A stretch of DNA of 64,000 nucleotides from an uncultured Methanolobus sp. (GCA_963675495.1 OY776215.1:2368001-2432000), one strand, 5' to 3'. Shown: positions 24,305 through 35,131, counted from the stretch's first letter. Notes: a model not told the origin generated them from the sequence alone. Numbers and translations: made by a program.

Positions 24305-24603
24305 TGGAATTAGCAGTAGTCGGAAGTGGCGAGTTTGTAACAGGTTTCAGACTGGCCGGTGTTAAAAAAATATTTGAAATTAATAATAGCGAACTTGAAC
24401 TTACAGTAGAAAGTATACTTAAGGATCGGGAAATCGGCATTCTGGTAATGCATGGTGATGATCTGATTAAACTACCGGAGATTTTGAGAAACACTATCAA
24501 TGACTCTGTTGAGCCAACGGTTGTGACTCTCGGGGGTAGTGGTGAAAGTTCGAACTTAAGGGAAAAAATAAAGCAATCGGTAGGTGTAGATCTGTGGAAA
24601 TGA
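24304..24603 (+). CDS. ahaF: A1AO ATP synthase subunit F
   Basis: [18 protein letters not shown]. Confidence 0.95.
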   Translation: MELAVVGSGEFVTGFRLAGVKKIFEINNSELELTVESILKDREIGILVMHGDDLIKLPEILRNTINDSVEPTVVTLGGSGESSNLREKIKQSVGVDLWK

Positions 24604-26330
24604 AAGGTGAAATTTATCGTGTGGCCGGACCAGTTGTCACTATTATGGGTATCAAGCCAAAAATGTACGATGTGGTACATGTTGGTCACGAAGGTCTTAT
24701 GGGCGAAGTTATCAGAATTAAAGGTGACAAATCCACTGTTCAGGTATATGAAGATACATCTGGTATCAAACCAGGTGAACCTGTAGTGAACACTGGAATG
24801 TCTCTCTCTGTAGAACTCGGTCCAGGTTTATTAGAAAGTATTTATGACGGTATTCAGAGACCTCTGAAAGTACTCCAGGAAAAGATGGGAGACTTCATTG
24901 ACAGGGGTGTTACTGCTCCTGGTCTTGACCGTGAAAAAGTATGGGATTTCAAAGCTACTGTATCAATTGGCGATTCCGTAAAAGGCGGTTCAGTAATTGG
25001 TGTTGTACAGGAAACAGAGAACATTGAGCACAAGATCATGGTGCTGCCAACAGTTTCCGGTACAGTTAAAGAAATAAAGTCCGGAAAGTTCAAAGTTGAC
25101 GAAACAGTATGTGTCCTTACAGATGGCACTGAAATTTCAATGATGCAGAGGTGGCCTGTAAGAATGCCACGTCCAGTCGAGAAGAAGTTCATTCCAACAA
25201 GACCTCTCATTACAGGTCAGAGGATTCTTGACGGTCTCTTCCCTGTTGCAAAGGGCGGTACTGCAGCTATCCCTGGTCCATTCGGTTCAGGAAAAACTGT
25301 TACCCAGCAACAGCTTGCAAAGTGGAGTGACACTGACATTGTAGTTTACATTGGATGTGGAGAACGTGGAAACGAAATGGCTGATGTACTGAACGAGTTC
25401 CCTGAACTCCAGGACCCACAGACCGGTCGTCCACTGATGGAACGTACAGTTCTTATCGCAAACACGTCTAACATGCCTGTAGCTGCTCGTGAAGCATCTG
25501 TTTACACAGGTATCACAATTGCAGAATATTACCGTGACATGGGATACGATGTATCACTCATGGCTGACTCCTCATCCAGATGGGCAGAAGCAATGAGGGA
25601 AATTTCCTCAAGGCTTGAAGAAATGCCTGGTGAAGAAGGTTATCCAGCATACCTTTCTGCAAGGCTCTCTGAGTTCTATGAGCGCGCAGGTGCAGTAAAA
25701 TCACTTGCATCAGAAGAAGGTTCTATTACAGTAATTGGTGCAGTATCACCACCTGGTGGCGACTTCTCAGAGCCTGTTACACAGAATACACTTCGTATAG
25801 TAAAAGTATTCTGGGCACTGGATGCAAAACTTGCACAGAGAAGACACTTCCCATCCATAGACTGGCTTACAAGTTACAGTCTGTACACTCAGGGTCTTTC
25901 CGACTGGTTCGCAGAGAACGTTGCACCTGACTGGGTACCACTCAGGGACCATGCAATGGAACTTCTCCAGCAGGAATCCGAACTTCAGGAGATCGTACAG
26001 CTCGTTGGTTCCGACGCACTTCCGGAAGACCAGCAGCTGGTTCTTGAGATCTGCCGTATGCTCAGGGAATACTTCCTTCAGCAGAACGCGTTCCACCCTG
26101 TTGACACATACTGCCCATTCGATAAGCAGTACAAATTATTGAAAGCAATCTCCAAGTACAGTGACATGGCGCAGGCATCACTTGAAGCAGGAATTCCAAT
26201 GTCGGATATTCTGTCCCTTGAGTCAAAGGACGAACTTGCCAAGGTCAAATTCGAAGAGAATTTCGATGATGCACTGAATGTTGTCATGGATAAGATGGAC
26301 AAGGAATTTGCAGCACTTGGAGGCAACTAA
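24594..26330 (+). CDS. ahaA: A1AO ATP synthase subunit A
   Basis: [26 protein letters not shown]; no intein (578 aa). Confidence 0.98.
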   Translation: MEMKGEIYRVAGPVVTIMGIKPKMYDVVHVGHEGLMGEVIRIKGDKSTVQVYEDTSGIKPGEPVVNTGMSLSVELGPGLLESIYDGIQRPLKVLQEKMGDFIDRGVTAPGLDREKVWDFKATVSIGDSVKGGSVIGVVQETENIEHKIMVLPTVSGTVKEIKSGKFKVDETVCVLTDGTEISMMQRWPVRMPRPVEKKFIPTRPLITGQRILDGLFPVAKGGTAAIPGPFGSGKTVTQQQLAKWSDTDIVVYIGCGERGNEMADVLNEFPELQDPQTGRPLMERTVLIANTSNMPVAAREASVYTGITIAEYYRDMGYDVSLMADSSSRWAEAMREISSRLEEMPGEEGYPAYLSARLSEFYERAGAVKSLASEEGSITVIGAVSPPGGDFSEPVTQNTLRIVKVFWALDAKLAQRRHFPSIDWLTSYSLYTQGLSDWFAENVAPDWVPLRDHAMELLQQESELQEIVQLVGSDALPEDQQLVLEICRMLREYFLQQNAFHPVDTYCPFDKQYKLLKAISKYSDMAQASLEAGIPMSDILSLESKDELAKVKFEENFDDALNVVMDKMDKEFAALGGN

Positions 26331-26331
26331 A

Positions 26332-27711
26332 ATGACCAAGGAATATAAGACGATCACAGAAATCTCCGGACCATTGATGTTCCTCGAGAATACAGAACCT
26401 GTAGGCTATGGTGAACTTGTTCACATCAACCTTCCAGACGGTACAACAAAGAGAGGTCAGGTTCTTGATACCTCAGCTGATGTTGTAGCAGTTCAGGTAT
26501 TTGAAGGAACTGGTGGACTGAATGAAGAGTCTGGTGTAGTATTCTCCGGTGAGACAATCAAGCTTCCTGTATCAAAAGACATGCTTGGTCGTATCCTTTC
26601 CGGTTCAGGTGAACCATTGGACGGCGGACCACGTATCGTTCCTGAAGACAGGCTTGATGTTAACGGTTCATCAATGAACCCATATTCAAGGATGCCACCA
26701 GAGGACTTCATCCAGACAGGTATTTCAACCATAGATGGAACAAACACCCTTGTACGTGGACAGAAGCTTCCTATCTTCTCCGGATCAGGTCTTCCACATA
26801 ACGAGATCGCACTTCAGATCGCACGTCAGGCAAAGGTTCCAGGTTCAGATGAACCATTCGCAGTAGTTTTCGCTGCAATGGGTATCACAAACGAAGAAGC
26901 CCAGTATTTCATGCAGGACTTCGAAAAGACCGGTGCTCTTGAAAGAGCTGTGGTTTTCCTTAACCTTGCAGACGACCCTGCTGTAGAACGTATCATCACA
27001 CCAAGGATGGCTCTTACAGCTGCAGAATATCTTGCATACGAGCATGATATGCACGTACTCGTAATCCTTACTGACATCACAAACTACTGTGAAGCTCTCC
27101 GTCAGATGGGTGCAGCTCGTGAAGAAGTTCCAGGAAGACGTGGTTACCCAGGTTACATGTACACTGACCTTGCATCACTCTATGAGCGTGCAGGTGTTAT
27201 CAAGGGATTGAAGGGTTCAGTTACTCAGTTCTCAATCCTCACCATGCCTGGTGACGATATCACTCACCCGATTCCTGACCTGTCAGGATATATCACAGAA
27301 GGTCAGATAGTAGTTTCCAGGGAACTTCACATGAAAGGTGTTTACCCACCGATCAATGTGCTTCCATCCCTGTCACGTCTGATGAACTCAGGTATTGGTG
27401 AAGGGAAGACCAGAGATGACCATAAGGCAGTATCTGATCAGATGTATGCCGGTTATGCAGAAGGTCGTGACCTCAGAGGTCTTGTAGCTATTGTGGGTAA
27501 AGAGGCATTGTCCGAAAGAGACCAGAGAATCCTTGAATTCGCTGACCTGTTCGAAGACAGGTTCGTCCGTCAGGGAAGAGATGAAGACAGGTCAATTGAA
27601 GACACTCTTACAGTTGGCTGGGACATTCTCTCCGAGCTTCCGGAATCCCTGCTTACCAGGATCGATAACAAGTATATCGACAAGTACCACCCTGCTCACA
27701 AGAGCAACTAA
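26332..27711 (+). CDS. ahaB: A1AO ATP synthase subunit B
   Basis: [36 protein letters not shown]. Confidence 0.98.
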   Translation: MTKEYKTITEISGPLMFLENTEPVGYGELVHINLPDGTTKRGQVLDTSADVVAVQVFEGTGGLNEESGVVFSGETIKLPVSKDMLGRILSGSGEPLDGGPRIVPEDRLDVNGSSMNPYSRMPPEDFIQTGISTIDGTNTLVRGQKLPIFSGSGLPHNEIALQIARQAKVPGSDEPFAVVFAAMGITNEEAQYFMQDFEKTGALERAVVFLNLADDPAVERIITPRMALTAAEYLAYEHDMHVLVILTDITNYCEALRQMGAAREEVPGRRGYPGYMYTDLASLYERAGVIKGLKGSVTQFSILTMPGDDITHPIPDLSGYITEGQIVVSRELHMKGVYPPINVLPSLSRLMNSGIGEGKTRDDHKAVSDQMYAGYAEGRDLRGLVAIVGKEALSERDQRILEFADLFEDRFVRQGRDEDRSIEDTLTVGWDILSELPESLLTRIDNKYIDKYHPAHKSN

Positions 27712-27729
27712 CTTAAAAGGTGATCTAAC

Positions 27730-28347
27730 ATGGGCGTGAAAGATGTAAAACCAACTCGTTCAGAACTTATTGAAATCAAGAGAAAGATCAAGCTATCTCA
27801 GAGTGGTCACAAGCTGCTCAAGATGAAAAGGGATGGTCTTATCCTTGAGTTCTTTGAGATCCTCAACAAAGCAAAGGATGTCAGAACTGAGCTGGATGCC
27901 GCCTATGAAGATGCTTCCCGGAGGATAGGTATTGCAAATGCTGTTGACGGTACTATCACCGTCAAATCTACAGCTTTTGCACTTAAGAGCAAGCCGGAGA
28001 TTGAACTGGAAAGCCGTAATATTATGGGTGTTGTCGTTCCAAAGATCGAATCATCCAGTGTCAAGAAATCCATAAACGAACGTGGTTATGGTATACTTGG
28101 TACCAGTTCATACACTGATGAGGCAGCAGATGCTTATGAGAATCTTGTCGAAAAGATAATCCTTGCTGCAGAGATCGAGACAACCATGAAAAAGCTTCTT
28201 GATGATATCGAGAAGACCAAAAGGCGTGTCAATGCTCTCGAATTTAAGGTAATACCGGAACTTGAGGAAGCAATGGTCTTCATACAGCTCCGTCTCGAAG
28301 AGATGGAAAGGGAAAACACCTTCAGACTAAAGAGGATCAAGGGATAA
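27730..28347 (+). CDS. ahaD: A1AO ATP synthase subunit D
   Basis: [26 protein letters not shown]. Confidence 0.97.
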   Translation: MGVKDVKPTRSELIEIKRKIKLSQSGHKLLKMKRDGLILEFFEILNKAKDVRTELDAAYEDASRRIGIANAVDGTITVKSTAFALKSKPEIELESRNIMGVVVPKIESSSVKKSINERGYGILGTSSYTDEAADAYENLVEKIILAAEIETTMKKLLDDIEKTKRRVNALEFKVIPELEEAMVFIQLRLEEMERENTFRLKRIKG

Positions 28348-28367
28348 TCCTTTGATATTCTTTTTTT

Positions 28368-28544
28368 ATGGATACTAATCCAGAAGATCGGCCAAATGTG
28401 GTCGACCGTTTTTTTCAAAAATTAACGCAGCCTAAGAACCTTGCACATATCCTTAGATGGGCATGGCTCATTTCGTTATTGATGTTAGTGCTGGGTTATA
28501 TTCTAATCTTCAGTGAGATATCTGAATATATTGACATTATATAA
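28368..28544 (+). CDS. Small single-TM protein after ahaD (AhaG-like)
   Basis: Own translation MDTNPEDRPNVVDRFFQKLTQPKNLAHILRWAWLISLLMLVLGYILIFSEISEYIDII (58 aa), 20 bp after ahaD. Confidence 0.7.
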   Translation: MDTNPEDRPNVVDRFFQKLTQPKNLAHILRWAWLISLLMLVLGYILIFSEISEYIDII

Positions 28545-28569
28545 AGCACGATATAACGTTGTGTGGTAA

Positions 28570-28640
28570 CTAATTACATTTTTTAATTGACGTGAGAGTT
28601 TCGAGCACCTTTTTTGCATGCTCATTTGTCCTGACATTGT
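28570..28640 (-). pseudogene. Orphan copy of the bcp 3' end
   Basis: Translates NVRTNEHAKKVLETLTSIKKCN* versus Bcp C-terminus NVRTNEHAQKVLDVLREIKEN*. Confidence 0.8.
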
Positions 28641-29243
28641 TGGATTTGTAGATATAATGTTTAGCATTAGATCTAAAATTAGTATGAAACAAGTTTCATA
28701 TTTTTAATCTGGAACACTTTTCATAAATCCATTATAATGTAAAATTCTACTTATCTAACATATGCTGTATAAAACGCTAATATTTTGATTGAAATTAAGT
28801 TACAATAGAGATTATGCTATTGATTGAAGTGGCTTTCTCTTTGTCACTACTAGTATTCCTGGGGAATGGGAAAGAACTGTAGGTGATTTCTGAGAACAAG
28901 TATCTGTGTTGGTACTGGTAGGTTTATTGTTACACAAAAGAATAACTAAATGTAATAGCTATGATTCTTTTGAGACGAAGAAAAAGAATAAGGTAGTCTG
29001 GAGGACATTAAAGCAAAAAGGCACTGTTGCAAAGCAATATAGGGTAAAATCAATTTATGGTGCATAGCTTTGATTGGTGGGCTAATTTTGTGTTCATTGT
29101 TCAAATGAAAAATTCTATAGAATCGTTAATTGCGCAGCATTATATATTTTTACAATGAATAATTATATTTATATAATATGATTACGTGTACATTTTGTAA
29201 ATTCTTATTCCAATATATTATATATAATATTTAAGGCGATTAT

Positions 29244-32200
29244 ATGAAAACTACACATTGTTTTGAGTCAAAAAGATCTAAGCGAATACTAATGCTATTT
29301 CTAGCGATCTTGATATCCGTTATTGTTATTTTACCAAGTGGATGTCTTGATGCAGATATAGATGATACGGATGATATGAACGATCAGATAATCAATGAGG
29401 TTGACAAAGATGATATCTATCAGCCAACGGATGTTGTATCTGAAGAGCCAATGGATGAAGCTACATCCAACGAAGAGATAGACAATGTTACAGCAACAGA
29501 GGAGCCTGTAACACAGGTGGTAACACCTTCTCATTCAAGTGGTGGCAGCAGTTCTTCTTCTTCTTCCTCTAGTTCCGATGTTAGCAGGACTGTTACTTCA
29601 GGAGATTACACAGAACCTGTAGCAACAATTGCTGGTGATCTCACAATTACTGGAGCAACAACTGGCACAATTACCCTACCAACAGGACTGACTGTTAATG
29701 GTGACCTTACTGTGAACACCCCGAGTGCCACAGTAACCAACAGGGCAAATGTTGATGGAACTGTAAATATCATTGCAGTAAGTGTCAACACCTGGAACCA
29801 GTACGGAAATGCCGGCGGGATTCAAATGGGTGCTGAGGACGCTACATTCAATTTCTACTCTGGAAATGTTAGTGATGGGATTGAAATGGGTGCTGAGAAT
29901 GCAACATTCCAGTTCATTGCAGGAAATATATCCGGTGGTGTAAGTCTCACCCAACCATCCAGAGTGGTAATAAACGCAACTGCAACAGGTCTTCCTGAGA
30001 TTACAGTAGGTGGAGCTGCTGAAGGTTCAGACATTGATAACCTTGGTGGCGAACAATTAGAATTAGTCGCAGAAGCTAATGTAACAGTGGCTGGAAGCGT
30101 GAATGTCACAGCAAGTGCTGGAGTTACTCCTACTGAGAGAACAGCTCGTGGCAGTCTGGCATTAGTTCCAAGCTCTGCAATTTATAATACCAATGTCGAT
30201 ATGGCAATAACCTACACAGCTGGTGAAGATCTTAATACCAGTGTGGTTAACATCACTGTGCCAGCAGGATTTGTCGTAGCTGATGCAAATAGTCTTACTG
30301 TTGCAGGCGCAGGTACGGATGTCGCAAGTAATACCAACGCTTCTTACGATGGAAATATACTTACTGTTGAAAATGTGACCATAAATGAAGGTCAAGCAAT
30401 TGTACTAACTCTTGCAACACAACAGGTAAGTTCAGCAGGAACTTATGATTTCTCTGCTACTGCACACAACACATCAAAACTGATAAGCAATGCAGCAACT
30501 GCAAGTTTTACTTCATTGCCAAACAATGATGCAGATCTTAGTGCTTTGGTAGTAAGTCCTGGCACATTGATTCCAGCTTTCAATGCAGCTACAACTGCTT
30601 ACACGGTTAATGTAGCCTATGATGTAAGTTCAATTAATGTAACTGCTACTTTATCCGATACAAATGCTTCAATGTTGGTTAATGGTGAAGTAGCAACTAG
30701 TGCTGTTGTTAATGCAGTCACACTTCAGGCTGCCGGAAGCACAACTTCAATTCCAGTTGTGGTAACAGCAGAAGATGGTACAAGTACAAAGACATATACT
30801 ATGACAGTGAACAGGGCTGTAGATCCAACTTCAGATAACGTAGGTATAGCAACAGCTAAGGCTGCTTTAGACACTACAGCAACACTAAACCCTGTAGAGG
30901 GAAATGATACTAACGTAGTGACAATGGCACAGGCCATAGTAGATGGTGTTGTATCTGGTGTAACCGTAACTGTCAGTGATGCCAGCGGCAATGCGAATGT
31001 GGGAGCAGACGGAACTATCAGTTATACCTCTTCAGGAGTAACAGGCAATGTGATATTTGCTCTAAACAAAGGAATTGGTACTGAAGCCACATCAACAATG
31101 TCTGTAGTTGTACCCGATGCAGTTGCTTTAGGTAGTCCAACTCCAATAGACTTTGGTGCTTCAAATCCAAGTACAGTTTTATCAATATCCGGAACTAACT
31201 TTACAGCAGAAGCAGCAAACACTTCCAATTGGGTAATCAATGTGGGAACTACAAACTTGACTTCACCTAATATCACATTACAGGGTGCTGGTGGTTTGGC
31301 TACAGGTGTGATATTTGATTTCAATGGTACTGCAGCTGAAGGAAATATTAGCTTCAAAGCACTAAATGCAGCATTGGTAGCGGATATGGATAGTAATGTG
31401 GTCAATCTTGCGATAACTCAGACTCAGACTGCAACACCAACTATTACAACTGGAGCACAAACCGTTTCCACAGCAACTATTAATGTAGTTGGAACCGCTG
31501 CTGCTGATTCTGCTATCTCCATTACTGGTGGATCTGCAGAAGCAACTGGAACTGCTGATGGTTCCGGTGATTATAGTATTGAAGTCACTTTAACAGCAGA
31601 CAGTGTTAACACTTTAAGTGTGACTGCACAATCTGCTGGTGAGGTTGTTAGTGAAGCAGCTACTGTTGCTATCACTCATCAGACTCAGACTGCAACACCA
31701 ACTATTACAACTGGAGCACAAACTGTTTCCACAGCAACTATTAATGTAGTTGGAACCGCTGCTGCTGATTCTGCTATCTCCATTACTGGTGGATCAGCAG
31801 AAGCAACTGGAACTGCTGATGGTTCCGGTGATTATAGTATTGAAGTCACTTTAACAGCAGACAGTGTTAACACTTTAAGTGTGACTGCACAATCTGCTGG
31901 TGAGGTTGTTAGTGAAGCAGCTACTGTTGCTATCACTCATCAGACTCAGACTGCAACACCAACTATTACAACTGGAGCACAAACTGTTTCCACAGCAACT
32001 ATTAATGTAGTTGGAACCGCTGCTGCTGATTCTGCTATCTCCATTACTGGTGGATCTGCAGAAGCAACTGGAACTGCTGATGGTTCCGGTGATTATAGTA
32101 TTGAAGTCACTTTAACAACAGACAGTGTTAACACTTTAAGTGTGACTGCACAATCTGCTGGTGAGGTTGTTAGTGAAGCGGCTACTGTTGCTATCACTCA

Positions 32201-32471
32201 TCAGACTCAGACTGCAACACCAACTATTACAACTGGAGCACAAACTGTTTCCACAGCAACTATTAATATAGTTGGAACCGCTGCTGCTGATTCTGCTATC
32301 TCCATTACTGGTGGATCTGCAGAAGCAACTGGAACTGCTGATGGTTCCGGTGATTATAGTATTGAAGTCACTTTAATAGCAGACAGTGTTAACACTTTAA
32401 GTGTGACTGCACAATCTGCTGGTGAGGTTGTTAGTGAAGCAGCTACTGTTGCTATCACTCATGCTTCCTAA
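29244..32471 (+). CDS. Large cell-surface protein: signal/lipobox-like N-terminus, cadherin-like beta-sandwich, four Ig-like repeats
   Basis: Basic + hydrophobic + PSGC N-terminus, acidic and poly-Ser linkers, ADLSALVVSPGTLIPAF...VTAEDGTSTKTYTMTV domain, T/A/S/G/V-rich repeats. Confidence 0.85.
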   Translation: MKTTHCFESKRSKRILMLFLAILISVIVILPSGCLDADIDDTDDMNDQIINEVDKDDIYQPTDVVSEEPMDEATSNEEIDNVTATEEPVTQVVTPSHSSGGSSSSSSSSSSDVSRTVTSGDYTEPVATIAGDLTITGATTGTITLPTGLTVNGDLTVNTPSATVTNRANVDGTVNIIAVSVNTWNQYGNAGGIQMGAEDATFNFYSGNVSDGIEMGAENATFQFIAGNISGGVSLTQPSRVVINATATGLPEITVGGAAEGSDIDNLGGEQLELVAEANVTVAGSVNVTASAGVTPTERTARGSLALVPSSAIYNTNVDMAITYTAGEDLNTSVVNITVPAGFVVADANSLTVAGAGTDVASNTNASYDGNILTVENVTINEGQAIVLTLATQQVSSAGTYDFSATAHNTSKLISNAATASFTSLPNNDADLSALVVSPGTLIPAFNAATTAYTVNVAYDVSSINVTATLSDTNASMLVNGEVATSAVVNAVTLQAAGSTTSIPVVVTAEDGTSTKTYTMTVNRAVDPTSDNVGIATAKAALDTTATLNPVEGNDTNVVTMAQAIVDGVVSGVTVTVSDASGNANVGADGTISYTSSGVTGNVIFALNKGIGTEATSTMSVVVPDAVALGSPTPIDFGASNPSTVLSISGTNFTAEAANTSNWVINVGTTNLTSPNITLQGAGGLATGVIFDFNGTAAEGNISFKALNAALVADMDSNVVNLAITQTQTATPTITTGAQTVSTATINVVGTAAADSAISITGGSAEATGTADGSGDYSIEVTLTADSVNTLSVTAQSAGEVVSEAATVAITHQTQTATPTITTGAQTVSTATINVVGTAAADSAISITGGSAEATGTADGSGDYSIEVTLTADSVNTLSVTAQSAGEVVSEAATVAITHQTQTATPTITTGAQTVSTATINVVGTAAADSAISITGGSAEATGTADGSGDYSIEVTLTTDSVNTLSVTAQSAGEVVSEAATVAITHQTQTATPTITTGAQTVSTATINIVGTAAADSAISITGGSAEATGTADGSGDYSIEVTLIADSVNTLSVTAQSAGEVVSEAATVAITHAS
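29817..29936 (+). repeat. Diverged 2 x 60-bp tandem repeat in the surface protein
   Basis: GIQMGAEDATFNFYSGNVSD / GIEMGAENATFQFIAGNISG. Confidence 0.75.
31419..32462 (+). repeat. 4 x 261-bp near-identical tandem repeat (87-aa Ig-like unit)
   Basis: Units begin CAGACTCAGACTGCAACACCA at 31419, 31680, 31941, 32202; only 1-2 substitutions per unit seen. Confidence 0.97.
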
Positions 32472-32495
32472 ATTTGACTTTGTAAATGCAAAGAG

Positions 32496-32530
32496 AACCC
32501 CCATCAAATCGGGGGTTATTTTTCTTTTTT
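32496..32530 (+). terminator. Stem-loop plus T tract after the surface-protein gene
   Basis: AACCCCC-ATCAAATC-GGGGGTT followed by ATTTTTCTTTTTT. Confidence 0.65.
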
Positions 32531-32606
32531 AAATATCAACAACAAAACCCAATAGTGTACCCTATGCAAAAACCACAGGCACACAAAAATAGAAAAGAAG
32601 AAATCT

Positions 32607-33089
32607 TTAATTCTCTTTTATCTCTCTTAGCACATCAAGCACTTTTTGTGCATGCTCATTTGTCCTTACATTGTCCCATATTTTTGCAATATTGCCTTCT
32701 GTATCAATTAAAAAAGTTGATCTGACAGTTCCCTGATATTCTTTTCCATAGTTTTTCTTTGTTCTCCATACATCGTACTTCTGGTGAACGGTTTTTTCTT
32801 CATCTGAAAGAAGGGTGATACCAATTTCTTTCTTTTCAACGAAGTTGATATGTGATTTAACGCTGTCCTTGCTGGCTCCAAGTATCACTGCATTCTCAGT
32901 ACCAAAATCCTCCTGCAAGGCTGTAAAATCCTGGGCTTCCTTTGTGCATCCTGAAGTGTTATCCTTCGGGTAGAAGTAAAGAACGATCCATTTACCTGAA
33001 AAATTCTTCAGGCATACTTCATTCTCATTCTGGTCAGGGAGACAAAAATCAGGAGCTTTTTGTCCTTCCTTAAGTGAGTTCTTGCTCAT
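32607..33089 (-). CDS. bcp: Peroxiredoxin Bcp/PrxQ
   Basis: LYFYPKDNTSGCTKEA, RSTFLID. Confidence 0.94.
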   Translation of the reverse strand: MSKNSLKEGQKAPDFCLPDQNENEVCLKNFSGKWIVLYFYPKDNTSGCTKEAQDFTALQEDFGTENAVILGASKDSVKSHINFVEKKEIGITLLSDEEKTVHQKYDVWRTKKNYGKEYQGTVRSTFLIDTEGNIAKIWDNVRTNEHAQKVLDVLREIKEN

Positions 33090-33209
33090 GACATATGCTA
33101 TGTAAGTTCTTACTTAAAGCCTTTATACAATAATACAGAATATCCTTACTACAAATATAATGTTTAAAAGAACTTGTAATCGCTTCTTATAACTGGATGA
33201 AAAGGTACC

Positions 33210-33842
33210 ATGGAAATATTGAATATTCAAAATCTGTCTATCAGATTTGATGGAAATCCCATACTATCCAATTTCAATCTATCAGTTGTCAAAGGTGAAA
33301 AGATTCTTATAAAAGGGAGATCAGGAATTGGGAAATCCACTCTTTTCAGGTTGATAATGGGATTTGGCATACAAAATTCCGGTGTAATATCCTTTGATGG
33401 AGTTACTGTAGATTCCGAATCGGTCTGGGATATCAGGAAAAGAATAGCATATGTATCTCAGGATACTGATATTGCAGAAGGGAAAGTAGGTGACCTGATA
33501 GATGAGGTTTTTTCTTACAAGACGAACAAAGATATTTTTGACCCGAATCGACTTGAAGGCATGCTGTCTGATTTCTCGTTGTCTCTTGGTATTCTAAACA
33601 AGGATTATATGGATCTCTCAGGAGGGGAAAAGCAACGGGTTACCCTGATTTTGGCTTTGTTGTCAGGGAAGGGTATATTCCTGCTTGATGAGGTCACAGC
33701 AGAACTCGATGCTGCCTTGAAACAGAAGGTTGTGAATACATTCTTTTGTAATCCACAGTGGACCGTACTTTCTATTTCTCATGACAGAGAGTGGGAAAAT
33801 AAGGCAAGCAGAGTCATTGATCTTTCAGGATCGGTTGATTAA
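33210..33842 (+). CDS. ABC transporter ATP-binding protein (FetA/YbbL-like)
   Basis: GRSGIGKS, LSGGEKQR, LLDE, SHD; paired with the following permease. Confidence 0.88.
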   Translation: MEILNIQNLSIRFDGNPILSNFNLSVVKGEKILIKGRSGIGKSTLFRLIMGFGIQNSGVISFDGVTVDSESVWDIRKRIAYVSQDTDIAEGKVGDLIDEVFSYKTNKDIFDPNRLEGMLSDFSLSLGILNKDYMDLSGGEKQRVTLILALLSGKGIFLLDEVTAELDAALKQKVVNTFFCNPQWTVLSISHDREWENKASRVIDLSGSVD

Positions 33843-34634
33843 ATGGAAACGTATGATATCAGTCTCTCAGGTATGTTTTTCTCATTCCTGTTGCTTATAA
33901 TTCCGGTTCTTATCAGCTATTATCTTGGCTTGAAGTTAATATCATCCACAGTTGAAAGTGCTATAAGAATGGTCCTTCAACTGGTTTTTGTAGGTGTTTT
34001 TCTTACTTTTGTTTTTGACCTTAATAATGTTTTTTTAAACGTATTATGGGTTTTTGTCATGGTCTTTGTGGCATCGCATTCCGTATTGAGGAATGCGGAA
34101 TTAAAAACCAGGTATTTGTTTCCAATGCTCATGATTTTCATGGCGGTGACAAATTATTCAATGCTGCTCTATTTCAACAAGTTCATAGTAGACCTGAATG
34201 ATCTTTTTGATGCAAGGTATTTCATTCCCATAGCAGGTATGGTTCTGGGTAATTCCCTGAAAGCAAATGTTATTGGAATGGAGAACTTCTGTACTGAAAT
34301 CCAGAGAAATGAAAACCGTTATCTGTTCCGTTTGTCTATGGGTGCTGAAAAGACAGAGGCGCTTATTCCATATCTTCGTAAGAGTCTCAGGGTTGCGCTG
34401 AAACCCACGATAGCAAATATGGCTACAATAGGCATCGTTTTTCTTCCCGGAATGATGACCGGACAGATACTTGCCGGTGCAAGTCCATTGGTTGCAATAG
34501 AATACCAGATAGCCATTATGCTTGCAATTTATGTGACAACCATGGTGAACGTACTTCTGGGTATACTTGTTCTAATTCAAAGGGGTTTTGATGAATATGG
34601 TCTGTTCAAAAAAGATATGCTCAGGGGTGCATGA
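33843..34634 (+). CDS. ABC transporter permease (FetB/YbbM, UPF0014)
   Basis: RMVLQLVFVG, FIPIAGMVLGN, LPGMMTGQILAGASPLVA..YQI. Confidence 0.9.
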   Translation: METYDISLSGMFFSFLLLIIPVLISYYLGLKLISSTVESAIRMVLQLVFVGVFLTFVFDLNNVFLNVLWVFVMVFVASHSVLRNAELKTRYLFPMLMIFMAVTNYSMLLYFNKFIVDLNDLFDARYFIPIAGMVLGNSLKANVIGMENFCTEIQRNENRYLFRLSMGAEKTEALIPYLRKSLRVALKPTIANMATIGIVFLPGMMTGQILAGASPLVAIEYQIAIMLAIYVTTMVNVLLGILVLIQRGFDEYGLFKKDMLRGA

Positions 34635-34674
34635 GCATGCTTCTATTTTGCGTGGTATGGAACTGGTATGCAGG

Positions 34675-34998
34675 TTAATTCACGCTGCTGCTCAGATGAA
34701 GTCCTATCACTCCAATACCTATCAGTGTCAGGAATGCTATCCTTATGGGTGGCAGGGGTTCGTTGAATCCAAAGTGCCCTATCAATGAGATCATGGCCAC
34801 TCCAAGCCCTGCCCAGATAGCATAGGCAACACTCACATCTATCTTTTTCAATGCAATAGTGAATGCTATGAAACTGATGCCGTAGAAAACAAATATTAAT
34901 GCAGATGGCAGTGGTTTTGTAAATCCTTCGGATAGTTTCATGCATGTCGTTCCACATATCTCAAATATTATGGCAAATGCCAGGTACAGGTAGCTCAT
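34675..34998 (-). CDS. SMR family multidrug efflux transporter
   Basis: AIIFEICGTTCMKLSEGF, VAYAIWAGLG; four TM. Confidence 0.93.
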   Translation of the reverse strand: MSYLYLAFAIIFEICGTTCMKLSEGFTKPLPSALIFVFYGISFIAFTIALKKIDVSVAYAIWAGLGVAMISLIGHFGFNEPLPPIRIAFLTLIGIGVIGLHLSSSVN

Positions 34999-35131
34999 TT
35001 TTTCTCCCGATTTTCCCGTTTGAATAATTATTGTTATCAGCTGTGTTTATATCCATCCTGCTGTACGTAGCGCCAGATTATAATACTATCCGAATTCACA
35101 TTTTCTTAACTTTTCAAGGAGATGATATTTC

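Larger units (their letters stand above)
28601..32674. mobile_element. Putative ~4 kb island bounded by imperfect 40-bp direct repeats (28601-28640 and 32635-32674); no integrase present
   Basis: 36/40 nt identity between the two repeats by eye; the second lies in the bcp 3' end; cargo is the large surface-protein gene plus AT-rich DNA. Confidence 0.55.

Noticed and set aside
24594-27711. Inteins in ATP synthase A/B subunits
   Set aside because: Normal lengths and uninterrupted motifs.
28641-29243. Integrase or transposase remnant in the AT-rich DNA before the surface-protein gene
   Set aside because: Only short frames (about 54 codons near 28906-29067) without recognisable motifs.
31419-32462. 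Long repeats as CRISPR array or DGR template/variable repeat
   Set aside because: Contiguous in-frame coding units with no spacers; the few differences are not adenine-specific; no cas or reverse transcriptase in the window.
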